Shown one piece after another: positions 19,508-27,941 of a stretch of DNA of 64,000 nt (positions within the stretch are counted from its first letter, which is position 1; each line of letters opens with the position of its first letter). A program made the position numbers and the translations under genes. Source of the DNA: an uncultured beta proteobacterium (GTDB lineage: Bacteria > Pseudomonadota > Gammaproteobacteria > Burkholderiales > Casimicrobiaceae). Location of the stretch: positions 28,132 through 92,131 of the forward strand of contig CAVYID010000010.1 of assembly GCA_963768535.1 (NCBI GenBank), read 5' to 3'. The notes below the pieces were generated by a model. The model saw nothing but the letters and a program-made list of their open reading frames with translations. It searched no databases and was not told the origin of the DNA.

Positions 19508-21130
19508 TCATGGCTCAACCCCTGCCGCAGGTGCGGTGTTGCCGGCGGCGATGCGGGCGAAGAACTCGGCGTACTCGGTGGGCGGGCGAATCAGCTCGTG
19601 CTGCTGGGTCAGCGGAAGTTGTGGTTGGCGAGCATCGAGGTCGATCACCGCTTGGGCGAGCAGTTGCTCGGCGAGCACCCGCACGGTTTTATAGGAGTGG
19701 TTCTGGCGCGCCAGAGCCACCGCGGCCGCCTGGTCGAGGATGCAGGCCGGATAGCGCGGGCTCAAGCCGACGATGCCCCACATCGTTTTTTGCGCTTCCC
19801 GGCCGCGCTGCGCGAACAGTTCGCGGCAGAGGGCGAGAATGTTGGGGCCGATCAGCCCGGCGCGGGCCAGGATTTGATGGGTCTGCCGTGAGGGATTGAA
19901 CACCCGCTCGGCCTCGGGCAATTGGACCTCGCCCTTGCGCGTGGCGAGCGGATGGCGGCGAATGAGCTCCAGGGTGTGCCGATCGCGGATCTCAAGTTCG
20001 CGCGCGTAGACACGAATCAACACTTGGCTGCCGATGCGCGCCGGTCGCGCCGCATACCAGGCGCTGTCGACCTGGATGGTGGTGTCGTCGCCCACCGTGC
20101 GCTCGCCTTCCACGAAATAGCGAAAGCCCTCCAGCGGCAGCGCCTTGAGGTGGGGGCGTTCTTCCTGGAACATCTCTTCGACTTGCCGCTTGGCCCGACC
20201 GTGGATGCGCAGCGCCGCCCACCTCTCTTCCCAGTGCTGCAGGTAGCTGTTTTGCGCCTCCAGCGAGTCGAACCGCCGTCCCTTCAGCGCCGTGTCCTGG
20301 GTGTGGCCGATCGCATTCTCGACCGCGCCTTTCCGATTTGGATCGCGGACGCGAGCGGGGTCGGCGACGACGCCGTAGTGCGCGAGCATCGCGCCATAGA
20401 CACGGTTGAGTTGCGGTTCATAGATGTCCGGCGTGATCACGCCCTCCTTCAAATTGTCGAGGACGCAGTAATTCACGCTGCCGCCAAAGTAGTGAAACGC
20501 CTGCTCGTGCAAGCGCGCCCAGACCTCGCTGCTCGACTTCCACACCACCTGGCGAAACGAGCGACGTGAGTAGCGCAGCGTCATCACGAATAGCCGCGGC
20601 CGCCGGTAGCGGCCGCTGTTGGGATGGCGGGTGAGCGCGCCTTCGCCGTAGTCGACCTGGCACTCCTCCCCGGGGAGGAACTCCAGGCGGTCGAACTGCT
20701 CCGGTTCCCGGCGGCGCAGCGCCCGACAGAAGCGCTTCACGCTGTTGTAGCGTTGGGTGAAACCCAGCCGATCGACCAACTCCTGGTAGATGGCGGTGGC
20801 GTTGCGCCCCAGCCGCACTTGCGCCTCGATCCACTCCCGATGCGCCTCGCAGGCCGAGCGGGCGGGCGCCGGCAACCCGGCCATGGCTGGCGGCGAGCGG
20901 GCTCCAAGAGCCGGTGGCCGGGGTGGGGGAATTTGAACCGCCAGGCCAGCCGAGCCGGTGGCCATGGGGGAAATTGAACCGTCCCCCGCGCGCGCTGCGG
21001 CCATGGCCAGCGCCAACTTGCGCACCGTCTTGCGATCAATGCCCGTCTTGCGACTGATCTCGTGCTGCGAGACCTCGTTCTCGAGCAACGTGATCACAGC
21101 ACCCCTCTGATACGGCTTCAAGACATTCAC
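19508..21130 (-). CDS. istA: IS21-family transposase IstA
   Basis: 540 aa. N-terminal HTH (SQHEISRKTGIDRKTVRK). DDE core (CQVDYGE, VLDNLKEGV, NRKGAVENAI). Confidence 0.9.
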   Translation of the reverse strand: MNVLKPYQRGAVITLLENEVSQHEISRKTGIDRKTVRKLALAMAAARAGDGSISPMATGSAGLAVQIPPPRPPALGARSPPAMAGLPAPARSACEAHREWIEAQVRLGRNATAIYQELVDRLGFTQRYNSVKRFCRALRRREPEQFDRLEFLPGEECQVDYGEGALTRHPNSGRYRRPRLFVMTLRYSRRSFRQVVWKSSSEVWARLHEQAFHYFGGSVNYCVLDNLKEGVITPDIYEPQLNRVYGAMLAHYGVVADPARVRDPNRKGAVENAIGHTQDTALKGRRFDSLEAQNSYLQHWEERWAALRIHGRAKRQVEEMFQEERPHLKALPLEGFRYFVEGERTVGDDTTIQVDSAWYAARPARIGSQVLIRVYARELEIRDRHTLELIRRHPLATRKGEVQLPEAERVFNPSRQTHQILARAGLIGPNILALCRELFAQRGREAQKTMWGIVGLSPRYPACILDQAAAVALARQNHSYKTVRVLAEQLLAQAVIDLDARQPQLPLTQQHELIRPPTEYAEFFARIAAGNTAPAAGVEP

Positions 21131-21277
21131 TCCCGGCCCCTCCCGAATTGGGCAAAGAGGCGATCATGTCCTGTCGTCGCTACCGCCGCGGATCGCCGCA
21201 ACGGCTACAGCTGACTATCCGCTCAGCTGGGGGATTTTGAAGTGGCCATCACTGGGGGATTTTGGGTGGCCACCGGG

Positions 21278-21412
21278 GTGCTGGGGCACCACAACGGGAG
21301 CGTTACGACGCATTACTCGGCCGCGGAAATGGCCGAGCTCCTGGAGGCGGTGAACCGGATCAATGCGACCCGAAACACGCCGGCGATGACCCTGTTGCGG
21401 GCTGTTGCGTGA
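21278..21412 (+). pseudogene. tyrosine integrase C-terminal remnant (catalytic-Tyr region), split by the IS21 insertion
   Basis: Reads VLGHHNGSVTTHYSAAEMAELLEAVNRINATRNTPAMTLLRAVA*, the LGH...Y box of tyrosine recombinases. When the IS and one TSD copy are removed, the frame continues only about 13 codons to the left before a stop. Confidence 0.6.
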
Positions 21413-21441
21413 AAAAAGTCACGCAAAAGTCACGCAGCGCC

Positions 21442-21476
21442 GAAAAAGAAAAGGGGCCGCATCGCTGCAACCCCTT
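21442..21476 (-). terminator. rho-independent terminator downstream of tRNA-Arg
   Basis: The minus strand reads AAGGGGttgcagcgatgcggCCCCTT followed by TTCTTTTTC. Confidence 0.5.
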
Positions 21477-21483
21477 GATTATT

Positions 21484-21560
21484 TGGCGCGCCCGGCAGGA
21501 ATTGAACCCACGACCCCCTGGTTCGTAGCCAGGTACTCTATCCATCTGAGCTACGGGCGC
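21484..21560 (-). tRNA. tRNA-Arg (anticodon ACG)
   Basis: The reverse strand reads GCGCCCGTAGCTCAGATGGATAGAGTACCTGGCTACGAACCAGGGGGTCGTGGGTTCAATTCCTGCCGGGCGCGCCA. Complete cloverleaf with a CCTGG/CCAGG anticodon stem and loop CTACGAA. Confidence 0.93.
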
Positions 21561-21579
21561 GAGCTTCAAGTATAACATT

Positions 21580-23091
21580 CTAGTCCGCTCGATCGCCACC
21601 GTCCCCTGCAGGGCGACCGACTTCGCCGGGCGCGGCGCCCGGCCTCTGGCGCCGCAGCGCCAACGCCTTGCCCAGCATCGCCAGGCCGAGCCAGGCGGCG
21701 ACGATCGCCAGCGGAATCGCCACCACGCGCGGCCAGATCAGCGCCGTCCCGGCCAGCACCAGGGCGAGAATCGCCAGCCTGACCAGCAGCCCCGATTCGG
21801 CGGGCCCAAGTAGCCGTCGATTGGTGAGCGCCGCGCCTACGGCGCTGCCGACCGACAGCGCACCCGCGGCCGCCCGTCCGGCGCTTCCCGACCGCGCGTG
21901 GCGCACGGGCTCGCGCGCGCCCGCCCCGGCCGTCCGCTGCACGCGGTTGCGCTCCGTCAGCACGATCTCGGTCGCCCGGGCAAGGTCCTGCTCGTACATC
22001 GCCGCCATCTGCTCGGCGAAGCCGGCATCCTCGACGGCGATGTCCAGCTCCCAGTTCTGGATCCAGCTCGCGAAGTTGAGGTTGGTCGAGCCCACGCGCG
22101 CCCACACGCCGTCGGCGACCGCGGTCTTGGCGTGCATCATCGTCCCGTTCCATTCGAACACGCGCACGCCCGCCGCGAGCAGCGGCCGATACCCGGCCCG
22201 CGACAGCGCCTGCACCGCCGGAATGTCGCTAGCGCCCGGCACCAGCAGGCGGACGTCGATGCCGTCGCGGGCGGCCGCGCACAGCGCCTGGACGTACGGC
22301 GACACGCCGACGAAATACGCGTCCGTGAGCCAGAGATAGCGGCGCGCCGTCGCCGCGACCACCTGGTCGATACGGAACACGCCGGCGGTGGTGGGCGTGC
22401 CGGCGATGACGCGCACCGCCATCTCCCCGGCCGGCGGATCCGCTTCGACGGCGGCGATGTCGCGGACGTCCAGTGGACTGTCGCCGCAGGCCAGCCACAC
22501 CAGCGCGAACGCCTGCTCCAGCTCGGCGACCGCGGGACCGCGGAGCTCGATCCCGGTGTCGCGCCAGGGTTCGTAGCGGCGGGCCGGATTCCCGCACCAC
22601 CGCGCACTGATGCACACACCGGAGACGAAGCCCACGCGGCCATCGATCACAATCGACTTGCGATGGTCGCGCGACAGCCAGCCCAGCGGGCTGTCGAAGC
22701 GGAACGGATTGAAGCCGCGCACCTGCGCGCCGGCGCGGCGCAGATCCTCCCAGAGCGCGCCGGACCCGCGTGATCCGAGGCAGTCGTAGACGACGCGCAC
22801 GTGCACACCCGCCCTCGCCCTGGCCGCAAGTGCGGCCGTGAACTCGCGCCCGACCCTGTCGTCGACGAACAGGTAGCTCTCGAACAGGATGCTGCGCGTC
22901 GCGGCGCCGATCGCGGCCAGCCACGCCGGGTAGTTCTCCGCCGCGTCGCGGAGCAGGCGCACGGCGTTGCCCTCGATCCGCCGCGAACCGGTCGCCCGCG
23001 TGAACGCCCGGTCGTAGAGCTCCTGCAGCGGCGCCTCCAGCGGGTCGCCCGGCGCGGTGCCGGGCGAAGGCACCGCCTGCGCGTCACTCAC
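21580..23091 (-). CDS. phospholipase-D superfamily protein (cardiolipin-synthase-like) with two HKD motifs and a C-terminal transmembrane hairpin
   Basis: HKD motifs HRKSIVIDGRVGFVSG and HAKTAVADGVWARVGSTNLN. C-terminal hydrophobic LLVRLAILALVLAGTALIWPRVVAIPLAIVAAWLGLAMLG. Proposed GTG start at 23091 overlaps the stop of the upstream gene (GTGA); an alternative GTG lies at 23097. The 998-aa track ORF is an upstream GC-artefact extension. Confidence 0.8.
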   Translation of the reverse strand: MSDAQAVPSPGTAPGDPLEAPLQELYDRAFTRATGSRRIEGNAVRLLRDAAENYPAWLAAIGAATRSILFESYLFVDDRVGREFTAALAARARAGVHVRVVYDCLGSRGSGALWEDLRRAGAQVRGFNPFRFDSPLGWLSRDHRKSIVIDGRVGFVSGVCISARWCGNPARRYEPWRDTGIELRGPAVAELEQAFALVWLACGDSPLDVRDIAAVEADPPAGEMAVRVIAGTPTTAGVFRIDQVVAATARRYLWLTDAYFVGVSPYVQALCAAARDGIDVRLLVPGASDIPAVQALSRAGYRPLLAAGVRVFEWNGTMMHAKTAVADGVWARVGSTNLNFASWIQNWELDIAVEDAGFAEQMAAMYEQDLARATEIVLTERNRVQRTAGAGAREPVRHARSGSAGRAAAGALSVGSAVGAALTNRRLLGPAESGLLVRLAILALVLAGTALIWPRVVAIPLAIVAAWLGLAMLGKALALRRQRPGAAPGEVGRPAGDGGDRAD

Positions 23092-24758
23092 CGGCACAGC
23101 GTTCCCGGTGGACGGAACACCTGCCGCGTGATTGCCTTCGTCTGCGCGATGCCGTTCACCGTGTACGCGAACGATCCGTGGTTGCCGTCGATGAAGGTGA
23201 ACGTCGCCACGCCAGCCGCGCTCAGCGTCACCTGGGCGGGATCGAACGGCACCGCGCTGAAGGCGGGGCCGGTGGTCGTGTACAGCGTGCCCGCGTACAC
23301 GCCGGGCGCGGTCCTGGTGGCCGTCGTGATCAGCCACCAAGGCTTGCCGGCAAGGTCGTAGGTGTACCAGGTGGCGAAGATGATATCGCCCTGGTGCGTG
23401 AGGCTGACGCCCCAGCCCGACTCGACGCCGGCGGGGGCAGCCCACCACAGGTCCTGGTAGTTGGTGGCCGCCGCGGGATCGGTGGCGAGGCCGAACGTGC
23501 AGGTCGGGACCGGCGCGGCGAAAATCTGCCGCGTGATCGGCTTGGTCTGCGCGATGCCGTTCACCGTGTAATCGAACGTGCCGTTGTCGCGGTCGGTGAA
23601 CGTCAGCGTGCCGCTCCCGACCGCGAACGAGTTGACCAGCGCCGGGCTGAACGGCGCCGCGTTGAACGCCGGTCCGCGCGTCTCGTACAGGGTGCCGGAA
23701 TAGTCGCTGCCCGCGCCCTTCTCCGCCGTCATCACCAGCCACCACGGCTTGCCCGTCGCATCGTAGGTGAACCACGTCGCGAAGATCGTGTCCTCCTGAT
23801 GCGCGAGGCTGATGCCCCAGCCCGATTCCGACCCTGCCGGTGCCTTCCACCACAGCCCCTGGTAGGCGGCGGGCAGGAACGGCGCCAGCGTGTCGCGAAT
23901 CGCCGTCTGGCAGACGGCGCAGAACGGGTGGTTGAGCGCGCGCATCCGGCAGTCGAAGCTCGGGCGGTACGCGCCGCAGTGGTGGTAGCGCGCCCCGGCG
24001 TACGCGCCGACATAGCCCGCGGGCCTGGGATCGGGCTGCGCGTCGCACTGTGCGCAATCGGCGTTGACCGTCGTCGGCAGCGCGGCGGCGGGCGAGGTCA
24101 ATACCGAGCGCCACTTGATCGTGGCCGGATCGGCGTTGGCGGTGACGTTGGGCTCGACCGGCTCGCCGCCGGCGTAGTGATCGTGGCCGGCCTCGCCGGT
24201 GCCGCAGCCGGCGTAGTACTCGTACTCGTCGGCAAACCCGAACGCCGTGTGCCCGATCTCGTGTAGCGCGATCTCGGCGGCGCCGGGATGCGCGGAGACC
24301 GTCGCGACGCTGCCGCCCGAGCCGCCGTACTGCGGCGAGTTGACGATCACCAGCGTCACGTGCATTTCCGGCACCTGCGTCAGCGCGACATTCCGGGCGA
24401 GTGTGCTGTTGCAGGTCAGCAGCCGGCGGATGGAGCCTCCTCCGCAGAAGGTCGCGTCGAAGTACGTCTTCGGCGCCGCGCCGCTGCCGGCGCTGCCGTC
24501 GCCGCAGGTCGCCGGATCGTCGGCGCCGCTGTCGGTCGAGACCACGTCGACGCGATGGACGTTGATGCCGCACCACAGATCGGCAAACGGCGCCGCGGCG
24601 TGCAGCGCCGTGACGAAGGCGGCGGCATCGGCGTGGTACTTGGCCATCTCGGCGGCGCGGTAGCCGTCGCCGAGTATCACGATGTTGTAGCGCAGTGCGT
24701 CGTCGCCGTGGTCGACGATCCGGGTCGTCCCGGCGACGAAGCCGTCGGCGGTGCTCAT
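23088..24758 (-). CDS. M64 (IgA-peptidase-like) zinc metallopeptidase with two tandem ~130-aa C-terminal modules
   Basis: Start MSTADGFVAGTTRIVDHGDDALRYNIVILGDGY (M64-type N-domain). Zn motif ALHEIGHTAFGFADEYEY. Cys-rich region. Then two copies of the LWW..PAG.ESGWG..L.HQ.D.IFATW.TYD..GKPWWL..T...G.Y.GTLY.T.GPAF...PF module. No N-terminal signal peptide is apparent. Confidence 0.8.
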   Translation of the reverse strand: MSTADGFVAGTTRIVDHGDDALRYNIVILGDGYRAAEMAKYHADAAAFVTALHAAAPFADLWCGINVHRVDVVSTDSGADDPATCGDGSAGSGAAPKTYFDATFCGGGSIRRLLTCNSTLARNVALTQVPEMHVTLVIVNSPQYGGSGGSVATVSAHPGAAEIALHEIGHTAFGFADEYEYYAGCGTGEAGHDHYAGGEPVEPNVTANADPATIKWRSVLTSPAAALPTTVNADCAQCDAQPDPRPAGYVGAYAGARYHHCGAYRPSFDCRMRALNHPFCAVCQTAIRDTLAPFLPAAYQGLWWKAPAGSESGWGISLAHQEDTIFATWFTYDATGKPWWLVMTAEKGAGSDYSGTLYETRGPAFNAAPFSPALVNSFAVGSGTLTFTDRDNGTFDYTVNGIAQTKPITRQIFAAPVPTCTFGLATDPAAATNYQDLWWAAPAGVESGWGVSLTHQGDIIFATWYTYDLAGKPWWLITTATRTAPGVYAGTLYTTTGPAFSAVPFDPAQVTLSAAGVATFTFIDGNHGSFAYTVNGIAQTKAITRQVFRPPGTLCR

Positions 24759-25258
24759 CGCTTGCCCGGTGGGCGGTCCGGCGTTCCCTGCCCCGGTTCC
24801 GGCGTCTCCGGCGGCAGCCGACGCAGTTCGTCGAAGCCGACGCGGATCAGCTCGCGGGCGGGCAGCGCCTGCAGCTGCGCCTCGGCCGCCGGGCCGTAGA
24901 GGATCAGCGACTGCGCTTCCGGCAGGTCGGGCACCAGGACCTCGAACTCGCCCCGCGGCTCGGCGATCGGGACCCGCGCGATGGTCGGCGACTCGCCGCC
25001 GGTGAAGATCTCGGCGTCGACGCGCACGGGGCTGTGCAGCGCGCGATGAAACAGCAGTGCGCCGTCGGCGGCGCGGACTTCGACCCAATAGCCGGACTGG
25101 CCGCGTTCGGGCGGAGGGGACAGCGCGGGCGGAATGATCATCCGCACCCGGCGCGTGCCGGCGACGGCAAGGTCATTGCCGCGATAGGCGAACGTGACCC
25201 GCAGCACAGGGGCGGGTTTCGCGTCGGGCGAGGCAGCGGCGGCGTCGGGCTTCACCAT
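24755..25258 (-). CDS. 167-aa hypothetical protein, first gene of the M64/PLD cassette
   Basis: MVKPDAAAASPDAKPAPVLRVTFAYRGNDLAVAG...YWVEVRAADGALLFHRALHSPVRVDAEIF...GEFEVLVPDLPEAQSLILYGP. Beta-rich appearance with a Pro-rich tail. Its stop overlaps the M64 start (ATGA at 24755-24758). I recognise no motif. Confidence 0.6.
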   Translation of the reverse strand: MVKPDAAAASPDAKPAPVLRVTFAYRGNDLAVAGTRRVRMIIPPALSPPPERGQSGYWVEVRAADGALLFHRALHSPVRVDAEIFTGGESPTIARVPIAEPRGEFEVLVPDLPEAQSLILYGPAAEAQLQALPARELIRVGFDELRRLPPETPEPGQGTPDRPPGKR

Positions 25259-25575
25259 CGGTTTCTCGGCAGCGGATATTGGCGGTAACGTTCCATGATA
25301 GCGCCCTGCCGGATGCGGTGCACGGCGCGCGTCAGCATGCCGGGGCCGGGCGCCGGCCGCCCGGGGTCATGCGCTAAACTTCGCCAGTCGGGGCCGACGG
25401 GCTTCAGGATCACCGATGACCACTCCTCCCGAATTCGCCTTTCTCTCCCCGCCCGGGGACCGCCCGCTCCGCGGCATCCTGCGCGGCGATGCGCCGCCGC
25501 GGTGGCATACGCGGCGTCCTGCCGGGTGATTTCGCAAGTCGTCGCGCTCATGAGGCGTCACGGAGCCATCCCCGC

Positions 25576-26378
25576 GTGCTGATCGCCCAAATCACCGACA
25601 CCCACGTCCGCGCGCCAGGCGAGCTTGCCTTCGGCGGGCAAGTCGACACCAACGCCCGGCTCGCGGGGGCAGTACGGTTGCTTTGCCGGCTCGATCCCCG
25701 TCCCGATGTGGTTCTTGCCACCGGCGACCTGGCAGACACCGGGCATCCGGACGAGTATGCGCAGCTGCAAGCGCTGCTGGCGCAGCTCGACATGCCCGTT
25801 CTTCCGATTCCCGGCAATCACGATGCGCGCGGGCCGCTGCGCGACGCCTTTCCCGGCCTATGGGACCGGGCGCCCGGCGAGTACGTCCAGTACGTGGTCG
25901 AGGACTATCCGCTCCGTCTGGTCGCCCTCGACACGCTGGTGACCGGACAATCCGGCGGCAGGCTTTGTCCCGCGCGTTTGGCCTGGATCGACGCTGCGCT
26001 CGCCCAGTCGACGCGGCCAACGGTGCTGTTCATGCACCATCCGCCGTATGAGTACGGCGCCGCACCGAATCCCGACATGAGCTGCGAAGGGGCGGACGCC
26101 CTTGCCCGCCTGGTCGCGCCCACGGCAACGTCGCCGCGGTGCTGTGCGGGCACCTGCACCGCTTCACGCTGACGCCGTGGGCCGGTACCGTCGCCTTAAC
26201 GGCGCCCGCGACCGCTCCGGCGCTGGAACTCAATCTCCACGGGCGGCACCCGAAGGGATGGCTCGACGGCCCGCCGATGATGGGGCTGCACCTGTGGCGC
26301 GGGGCGGCCGGGCTCGTGAGCCACGTGATGGCGGCGGACGAGCCGGAGATTCCGCGGTCGTTCACTAGGCCGAAGTAA
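25576..26378 (+). CDS. metallophosphoesterase, CpdA-like cyclic-nucleotide phosphodiesterase; frame broken once
   Basis: GTG start, then VLIAQITDTHV, ATGDLADTG, IPGNHD and LFMHHPP in ORF 25489..26172, then NVAAVLCGHLHR in ORF 26139..26378. About two extra bases near 26117. Confidence 0.75.
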
Positions 26379-26462
26379 ACCGGCCCGCGGGCTGACCTGA
26401 CGCGGCTGGGGAACGACCGCCGGCGGCCTGCGGGTGAACGTGGCGGCGGCGCGCGTGAATAT

Positions 26463-26555
26463 TGGCGGAGACGAAGGGATTCGAACCCTTGATGCAGTTT
26501 TTGACCGCATGCTCCCTTAGCAGGGGAGTGCCTTCGACCTCTCGGCCACGTCTCC
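26463..26555 (-). tRNA. tRNA-Ser (anticodon GCU)
   Basis: The reverse strand reads GGAGACGTGGCCGAGAGGTCGAAGGCACTCCCCTGCTAAGGGAGCATGCGGTCAAAAACTGCATCAAGGGTTCGAATCCCTTCGTCTCCGCCA. Long variable arm; anticodon loop CTGCTAA. Confidence 0.93.
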
Positions 26556-26633
26556 GGAAAACGTTCGATTGTACCGGCGAAAGCTTCGCCGGGTCAAACG
26601 AAGCTTCTCGAAAATCTCTGGAAAAACCGCAAG

Positions 26634-27898
26634 TTAGGGCCGCGCCCCGGCGGTGGCCACCGGCGGCTTGTCGAGCTCGAACACCTTGTGCAGCACCCGC
26701 ACCGCGAGCTCGAGGTACTTCTCGTCGAACACCACGGAGATCTTGATCTCGGAGGTCGAGATCATCTGGATGTTGATGCCCTCCTCGGCCAGCGTGCGGA
26801 ACATCTTGCTCGCGAGCCCGACGTGCGAGCGCATGCCGATGCCGACCACCGACACCTTGCAGATCCGGTCGTCGCCGATGATGTCGCGCGCCTTGAACGA
26901 CCTTGCCGTTCTCGCGGGCGAGCACGTCGAGCGCCTTGCGGTACTCGGTGCGGTTGACGGTGAACGAGAAGTCGGTGTGCCCGCGAGGCGCCGATGTTCT
27001 GCACGATCATGTCGACGTCGATGTTCGCGTCGGCGATCGGCCCGAGGATCGCGTACGCGATGCCGGGCTTGTCCTCGACGCCCATCAGCGAGATCTTGGC
27101 TTCGTCGCGGGTGAATGCAATGCCGGAAATGATCGCCTGTTCCATGCTGTGGTCTTCCTCGAACGTGATCAGCGTGCCGGGTGAGCGTCACCATCGGGTC
27201 CTCGAGCGAGGACAGCACGCGCAGCTTGACCTGGTACTTGCCGGCGAACTCCACCGACCGGATCTGGAGCACCTTCGAGCCGAGGCTCGCCATCTCCAGC
27301 ATCTCCTCGAAGGTGACGCGGTCGAGGCGGCGCGCCTCGGGCACGATCCGCGGGTCGGTCGTGTAGACGCCGTCGACGTCGGTGTAGATCTGGCACTCGT
27401 CGGCGCCGAGCGCGGCGGCCAGCGCGACGCCGGAGGTGTCCGAGCCGCCGCGGCCGAGCGTGGTGATGTTGCCCTCCTCGTCGACGCCCTGGAAGCCGGC
27501 GACGATGACGATCGTGCCCGCCTCCAGGTCGGCGCGCATGTTGTCCTCGTCGATGCTGAGGATGCGCGCCTTGGTGAACGCGTTGTCGGTCAGGATCCGG
27601 ACCTGGCCGCCGGTGTAGCTCTTGGCCTTGTGGCCCATCTCCTCCAGCGCGATCGCGAGCAGGCCGATCGTCACCTGCTCGCCGGTGGCCGCGACCACGT
27701 CGAGCTCGCGCGGATCGGGGCTGGCGAGAGTTCCTTCGCCAGCGCCAGCAGGCGGTTGGTCTCGCCGGCCATCGCCGACACGACGACGACGACCTGGTGG
27801 CCTTCGCGATGGAAGCGCGCGACGCGGCGCGCGACGTTCTTGATGCGGTCGGTGCTGCCGACCGAGGTGCCGCCGTATTTCTGGACGATCAGGGCCAT
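26634..27898 (-). CDS. lysC: aspartate kinase; reading frame broken at four sites (five extra bases)
   Basis: [15 protein letters not shown]...[11 protein letters not shown], ..[50 protein letters not shown], the ACT region [34 protein letters not shown], and the tail [42 protein letters not shown]. The segments lie in different frames. Breaks near 27720 (two bases), 27180, 26983 and 26895. Confidence 0.9.
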
Positions 27899-27941
27899 TG
27901 CGGGTGCCGTGCTGCGGGTGGGCGTTGCGCCGGGCGCCGCG

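Larger units (their letters stand above)
18479..21277 (-). mobile_element. IS21-family insertion sequence (2799 bp) flanked by a 4-bp target duplication GTGC
   Basis: Ends cccggtggccac... (18479) and ...gtggccaccggg (21277). Each end carries two repeats of the ggccacNNcaaaNtccccc type. Flanking GTGC at 18475-18478 and 21278-21281. Contains istA and istB. Confidence 0.8.

Noticed and set aside
4851-21412. The two integrase stubs as the two halves of a single gene split by 16 kb of insertions
   Set aside because: They have the same orientation, but about 250 aa of the middle is missing and the rejoined right stub has an in-frame stop about 13 codons upstream. The adjacent tRNA-like sequences also differ. 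I cannot support this from the sequence, so I treat them as two remnants.
21580-24576. 998-aa ORF that would fuse the PLD gene with sequence overlapping the M64 gene
   Set aside because: Upstream of 23091 the frame only yields low-complexity Arg/Ala/Gly-rich text. It overlaps a well-supported M64 gene in another frame. This is an open-frame artefact of about 70% GC.
25400-25516. 38-codon ORF (MTTPPEFAFLSPPGDRPLRGILRG...) upstream of the cpdA-like gene
   Set aside because: No SD sequence or motif is present. It may be leader or spacer sequence, and the evidence is insufficient.
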